Shown here in pieces: positions 27,987 to 31,564 of a stretch of DNA of 31,564 nucleotides. The position numbers and the translations under genes were made by a program. The notes below the pieces were generated by a model. The model did not search any database, had not been told where the DNA came from, and saw only the letters and a list, made by a program, of their open reading frames with translations. Numbering within the stretch: the stretch's first letter is position 1; every line of letters begins with the position of its first letter. The DNA comes from a virus (lineage: Duplodnaviria; Heunggongvirae; Uroviricota; Caudoviricetes): IMG/VR virus record IMGVR_UViG_2802429242_000004. One strand, written 5' to 3'.

Positions 27987-28466
27987 ATGATGCTCGCGTT
28001 AGGTATGTTTGTTTTTATGCGCCAGACGCTGCCACACCAGACCATGCAGCGTGAATCAGATTATCTCTGGCCGTCAAATTCCCGTATAGGTAAACGGGAT
28101 GCCTACCAGTTTCTCGGTGTGGGTGAGGAAAACATCACGCTTGCCGGTGTGCTTTATCCCGAACTGACCGGCGGCAAGCTGACGATGACCACGCTCAGGC
28201 TGATGGCCGAGGAAGGCCGGGCGTGGCCGTTGCTGGATGGCACCGGCATGATTTACGGCATGTATGTCATCAGCAGGGTGAGTGAAACAGGGAGTATTTT
28301 CTTTGCAGACGGCACACCCCGGAAAATTGATTTTACGCTGTCGCTCACCCGCGTTGATGAATCACTGGCCGCGCTTTATGGCGATATCGGTAAACAGGCG
28401 GAATCGCTCATCGGTAAGGCTGGCAGTATGGCGACTAAATTCACGGGTATGACGGGGGCGGGATAA
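27987..28466 (+). CDS. U: Tail protein U
   Basis: 159 aa, same length and position as P2 U. Confidence 0.88.
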   Translation: MMLALGMFVFMRQTLPHQTMQRESDYLWPSNSRIGKRDAYQFLGVGEENITLAGVLYPELTGGKLTMTTLRLMAEEGRAWPLLDGTGMIYGMYVISRVSETGSIFFADGTPRKIDFTLSLTRVDESLAALYGDIGKQAESLIGKAGSMATKFTGMTGAG

Positions 28467-29629
28467 TGCTGGATGCACTGACATTTGATGCAGGCAGTAC
28501 GCTGACGCCGGATTACATGCTGATGCTCGACAGCAGGGATATTACCGGCAATATCAGCGACCGTCTGATGAGCATGACCCTGACGGATAACCGGGGCTTT
28601 GAGGCTGACCAGCTTGATATTGAACTGGACGATGCCGACGGGCAGGTCGGGCTGCCGGTTCGTGGCGCTGTCCTGACGGTGTATATCGGCTGGAAAGGTT
28701 TTGCCCTGGTATGCAAAGGGAAATTTACCGTTGATGAGGTTGAACACCGGGGCGCACCGGATGTGGTCACCATCCGCGCCCGGAGTGCAGATTTTCGCGG
28801 GACGCTCAATTCCCGCCGGGAAGGCTCATGGCATGACACCACGCTCGGTGCGATTGTTGAGGCGATAGCCTCCCGTAACAGGCTGGAAGCCAGTGTCGCT
28901 CCGTCACTGGCCAGAATTAAAATTCCGCACATCGACCAGTCGCAGGAGTCTGATGCAAAATTCCTGACCCGCCTTGCAGAACGCAACGGCGGTGAGGTGT
29001 CGGTAAAAATGGGAAAACTGTTGTTTCTCAAAGCGGGGCAGGGGGTGACGGCCAGCGGTAAAAAAATCCCGCAGATTACCATCACCCGCAGTGACGGCGA
29101 CCGCCATCATTTTGCGATTGCTGACCGTGGAGCCTATACCGGCGTAACGGCAAAGTGGCTTCACACCAAAGACCCGAAGCCGCAAAAGCAGAAGGTAAAA
29201 CTGAAACGCAAAAAGAAAGAGAAACACCTGCGCGCACTGGAGCACCCGAAAGCGAAACCGGTCACGCAGAAGAAAGCGCCAAAAGTACCGGAAGCGCGCG
29301 AAGGTGAATACATGGCCGGTGAGGCTGACAACGTTTTTGCCCTGACCACGGTATATGCCACGAAAGCGCAGGCCATGCGCGCCGCTCAGGCGAAGTGGGA
29401 TAAGCTGCAACGGGGCGTGGCGGAGTTCTCCATCAGCCTGGCTACCGGTCGGGCAGATATTTACACGGAAACGCCAGCCAGAGTGTCTGGCTTTAAGCGC
29501 GTCATAGACGAGCAGGACTGGACAATCACTAAGGTGACACATTTTCTGAATAATAGCGGCTTCACGACGTCCCTGGAGCTTGAGGTCAGGCTTTCTGATG
29601 TGGAGTACGAAACAGAAGGTAATGAGTGA
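28466..29629 (+). CDS. D: Tail protein D (late gene D)
   Basis: 387 aa, same length and position as P2 D; lysine-rich internal segment. Confidence 0.9.
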   Translation: MLDALTFDAGSTLTPDYMLMLDSRDITGNISDRLMSMTLTDNRGFEADQLDIELDDADGQVGLPVRGAVLTVYIGWKGFALVCKGKFTVDEVEHRGAPDVVTIRARSADFRGTLNSRREGSWHDTTLGAIVEAIASRNRLEASVAPSLARIKIPHIDQSQESDAKFLTRLAERNGGEVSVKMGKLLFLKAGQGVTASGKKIPQITITRSDGDRHHFAIADRGAYTGVTAKWLHTKDPKPQKQKVKLKRKKKEKHLRALEHPKAKPVTQKKAPKVPEAREGEYMAGEADNVFALTTVYATKAQAMRAAQAKWDKLQRGVAEFSISLATGRADIYTETPARVSGFKRVIDEQDWTITKVTHFLNNSGFTTSLELEVRLSDVEYETEGNE

Positions 29630-29710
29630 CGTGTTTTATTTATCTGTTTGTTTTATAAGGATAAATTAACTAAAATGGCACCATCAACAAAACCGGAAGA
29701 GGTGCTCGCG

Positions 29711-29929
29711 ATGTTTCATTGTCCTTTATGCCAGCATGCCGCACATGCGCGTACAAGCCGCTATATCACTGACACGACAAAAGAGCGTTATCACCAGTGT
29801 CAGAACGTGAATTGCAGCGCCACGTTCATCACTTATGAGTCTGTACAGCGATACATTGTGAAGCCGGGAGAAGTCCACGCCGTGAGGCCGCACCCGTTGC
29901 CGTCAGGGCAGCAAATTATGTGGATGTAA
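29711..29929 (+). CDS. ogr: Ogr late-gene transcription activator (C4 zinc finger)
   Basis: 72 aa after trimming to MFHCPLCQHAAHAR; CxxC-x22-CxxC zinc finger; matches P2 Ogr as recalled. Confidence 0.9.
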   Translation: MFHCPLCQHAAHARTSRYITDTTKERYHQCQNVNCSATFITYESVQRYIVKPGEVHAVRPHPLPSGQQIMWM

Positions 29930-29939
29930 TTACAAACAG

Positions 29940-29969
29940 AAAGCCCCTCAGTCGAGGGGCTTTTTTTGT
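29940..29969 (+). terminator. Rho-independent terminator after ogr
   Basis: Stem agcccctc (29942-29949) / gaggggct (29954-29961), 4-nt loop, T7 run. Confidence 0.8.
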
Positions 29970-29970
29970 C

Positions 29971-29996
29971 GATGTGGTCAATGTGTGGACGTGACC
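29971..29996. repeat. Candidate Int arm-type sites on the ogr-side arm
   Basis: tgtggtca ... tgtgtggac direct repeats related to the tgtggacact repeats at 10-30. Confidence 0.35.
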
Positions 29997-30031
29997 AGAA
30001 ATAAATCCTTTTATTTCAATTTGTTGTACGT

Positions 30032-30058
30032 AAAAAATAAGCCCGTGTAAGGGAGATT
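30032..30058. other. attR: attR core (P2-type 27-bp core aaaaaataagcccgtgtaagggagatt)
   Basis: Matches the P2 attP/attB core as I recall it; lies at the phage/host junction and coincides with the cyaR terminator. Confidence 0.7.
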
Positions 30059-30118
30059 ACACAGGCTAAGGAGGTGGTTCCTGGTACAGCTAGCATTTTA
30101 TGGGTTATGTTTTTCAGC
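30032..30118 (-). ncRNA. cyaR: CyaR (RyeE) Hfq-dependent sRNA
   Basis: Minus strand reads gctgaaaaacataacccataaaatgctagctgtaccaggaaccacctccttagcctgtgtaatctcccttacacgggcttatttttt (87 nt), matching CyaR as recalled, including the anti-SD-like CCACCUCCUUA and a terminator hairpin plus U-run. Confidence 0.8.
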
Positions 30119-30139
30119 GAAACAGATAATAACCTTAAT

Positions 30140-30159
30140 AAATGCAGCCGTATGTGATC
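30140..30159 (-). promoter_or_regulatory. Candidate CRP site and promoter of cyaR
   Basis: atgca-N6-tgtga upstream of cyaR and a tattat -10 about 7 bp before the cyaR 5' end; CyaR is known to be CRP-activated. Confidence 0.45.
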
Positions 30160-30202
30160 GGTTTCTAAGAATTTTCTATCCGGGAAAAATAATCGAAATG
30201 AA

Positions 30203-31564
30203 TCACTTACCGTGCGGGTTACGCGTGGTTTCCCCGGAGAAATTACGCATCAGCAGTGCGTAATTCAGCTCGAGATCCTGCGGAACCGGGAGCCACACGG
30301 TATAGCCATCGCCAGGCGCGACCGGCATCGCTTCACCTTTGGCGTTTTCCATGTGCTCAAGGGTAAAGTTGATATTGCCCTGTGGCGTCATCAGTTCCAG
30401 GCTGTCGCCAACGGAGAATTTATTTTTCACCGCTACGGCTGCCAGAGAGCCTTTACGCTCACCGGTAAACTCTCCAACAAACTGCTGGCGGTCAGAAACG
30501 GAATAACCGTATTCGTAGTTCTGGTAATCGTCGTGAGTATGACGACGCAGGAAACCTTCGGTGTAACCACGATGCGCCAGGCCTTCCAGTGTTTCCAGCA
30601 GGCTGGTGTCGAACGGTTTGCCCGCAGCGGCGTCATCGATAGCTTTACGATAAACCTGCGCGGTACGTGCACAATAGTAGAAAGATTTAGTGCGGCCTTC
30701 GATTTTCAGCGAATGCACGCCCATTTTGGTCAGGCGTTCAACGTGGGCGATGGCGCGCAGATCTTTCGAGTTCATGATGTAAGTGCCGTGCTCATCTTCA
30801 AACGCGGTCATATACTCGCCCGGGCGCTGGGCTTCTTCGATCATAAACACTTTGTCGGTTGGCGCACCGATACCCAGCGTCGGCTCGACGTTTTGCACCG
30901 GAATCGGCTCGTATTTGTGTACGATGTTGCCAACGTCATCTTCTTTCCCTTCCTGCACGTTGTACTCCCAACGGCAGGCGTTGGTGCAGGTGCCCTGGTT
31001 TGGATCGCGTTTGTTGATGTAGCCAGAGAGCAGGCAGCGGCCGGAGTAGGCCATGCACAGCGCGCCGTGAACGAAGATTTCAAGCTCCATATCCGGAACC
31101 TGATTGCGGATCTCTTCAATCTCTTCCAGCGACAGCTCGCGGGAGAGGATCACGCGGGTCAACCCCATTTGCTGCCAGAATTTCACCGTCGCCCAGTTTA
31201 CGGCGTTGGCCTGCACGGAAAGGTGGATCGGCATTTCAGGGAAGTGTTCACGCACCAGCATAATCAGCCCCGGATCGGACATAATCAGTGCGTCCGGCCC
31301 CATTTCCACCACCGGTTTCAGATCACGGATAAAGGTTTTTAGCTTGGCATTGTGTGGCGCAATGTTGACCACGACATAAAACTTTTTCCCCAGCGCGTGG
31401 GCTTCATTGATGCCGAGCTGGAGATTTTCGTGGTTAAATTCGTTGTTGCGCACACGCAGGGAGTAACGCGGTTGCCCCGCATAAACAGCATCTGCGCCAT
31501 AAGCGAAAGCGTAACGCATATTTTTCAGCGTTCCCGCCGGGGAAAGGAGTTCCGGTTTAAACAT
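30203..31564 (-). CDS. yegQ: Host U32-family peptidase-like protein YegQ (RlhA)
   Basis: 453-aa ORF starting MFKPELLSPAGTLKNMRYAFAYGADAVYAG, recognised as E. coli YegQ; codon usage and GC differ from the cargo; convergent with ogr as in the K-12 yegQ-ogrK locus. Confidence 0.85.
   Translation of the reverse strand: MFKPELLSPAGTLKNMRYAFAYGADAVYAGQPRYSLRVRNNEFNHENLQLGINEAHALGKKFYVVVNIAPHNAKLKTFIRDLKPVVEMGPDALIMSDPGLIMLVREHFPEMPIHLSVQANAVNWATVKFWQQMGLTRVILSRELSLEEIEEIRNQVPDMELEIFVHGALCMAYSGRCLLSGYINKRDPNQGTCTNACRWEYNVQEGKEDDVGNIVHKYEPIPVQNVEPTLGIGAPTDKVFMIEEAQRPGEYMTAFEDEHGTYIMNSKDLRAIAHVERLTKMGVHSLKIEGRTKSFYYCARTAQVYRKAIDDAAAGKPFDTSLLETLEGLAHRGYTEGFLRRHTHDDYQNYEYGYSVSDRQQFVGEFTGERKGSLAAVAVKNKFSVGDSLELMTPQGNINFTLEHMENAKGEAMPVAPGDGYTVWLPVPQDLELNYALLMRNFSGETTRNPHGK

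Larger units (their letters stand above)
1..30058. mobile_element. P2-like prophage (left end truncated by window at int stop; right end at attR core)
   Basis: Contiguous P2 gene order int-C-cox-B-A-Q-P-O-N-M-L-X-Y-K-lysABC-R-S-V-W-J-I-H-G-FI-FII-E-T-U-D-ogr, with protein lengths matching P2 (e.g. Int 337, C 99, Cox 91, B 166, N 357, M 247, FI 396, FII 172, T 815, D 387 aa); recalled P2 att core at 30032-30058. Confidence 0.93.

Noticed and set aside
28513-29542. Minus-strand ORFs of 190 and 212 aa inside D
   Set aside because: Antisense to D; no independent start signals.
30212-31342. 376-aa plus-strand ORF in the host region
   Set aside because: Antisense shadow of yegQ; the minus-strand frame gives a recognisable complete YegQ protein.
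1-31564. CRISPR arrays, tRNA or rRNA genes
   Set aside because: No regularly spaced direct repeats and no tRNA-like cloverleaf candidates seen; the only RNA gene recognised is cyaR.

Overview
The window is an almost complete P2-like (Peduovirus-type) prophage in an Escherichia-like chromosome. It runs from the stop codon of int (pos 1-3; attL lies just outside the window) to the right attachment core (30032-30058), which sits inside the 3' end of the host sRNA gene cyaR and is followed by host yegQ/rlhA. Gene order and protein lengths match P2 nearly one-for-one: int-C-cox-orf78-B-orf80/81/82/83-A, then cos, then Q-P (leftward) and O-N-M-L-X-Y-K-lysA-lysB(lysC)-R-S-V-W-J-I-H-G, then FI-FII-E(E')-T-U-D-ogr. 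Two accessory modules sit where P2 carries its own variable cargo. (1) Between cos and the portal gene Q, in place of P2 old/tin, is an AT-rich two-gene operon: a 433-aa ABC-type ATPase with no fused nuclease domain, plus a 145-aa protein with a PD-(D/E)xK-like motif. I cannot assign it to a named family by eye; it is the best candidate here for an undescribed anti-phage defence system. (2) Between G and FI, in the P2 Z/fun position, is a Hin/Gin/Cin-family serine invertase with a ~1.9 kb invertible segment. The segment is bounded by 26-bp hix/gix-like sites and carries an alternative tail-fibre C-terminus and chaperone. All family assignments are from reading the translations and from recalled P2 biology; no database search was run. 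Line-based coordinates around 25380-25560 may be off by 1 nt (my reading of the printed sequence and the ORF track disagree there).
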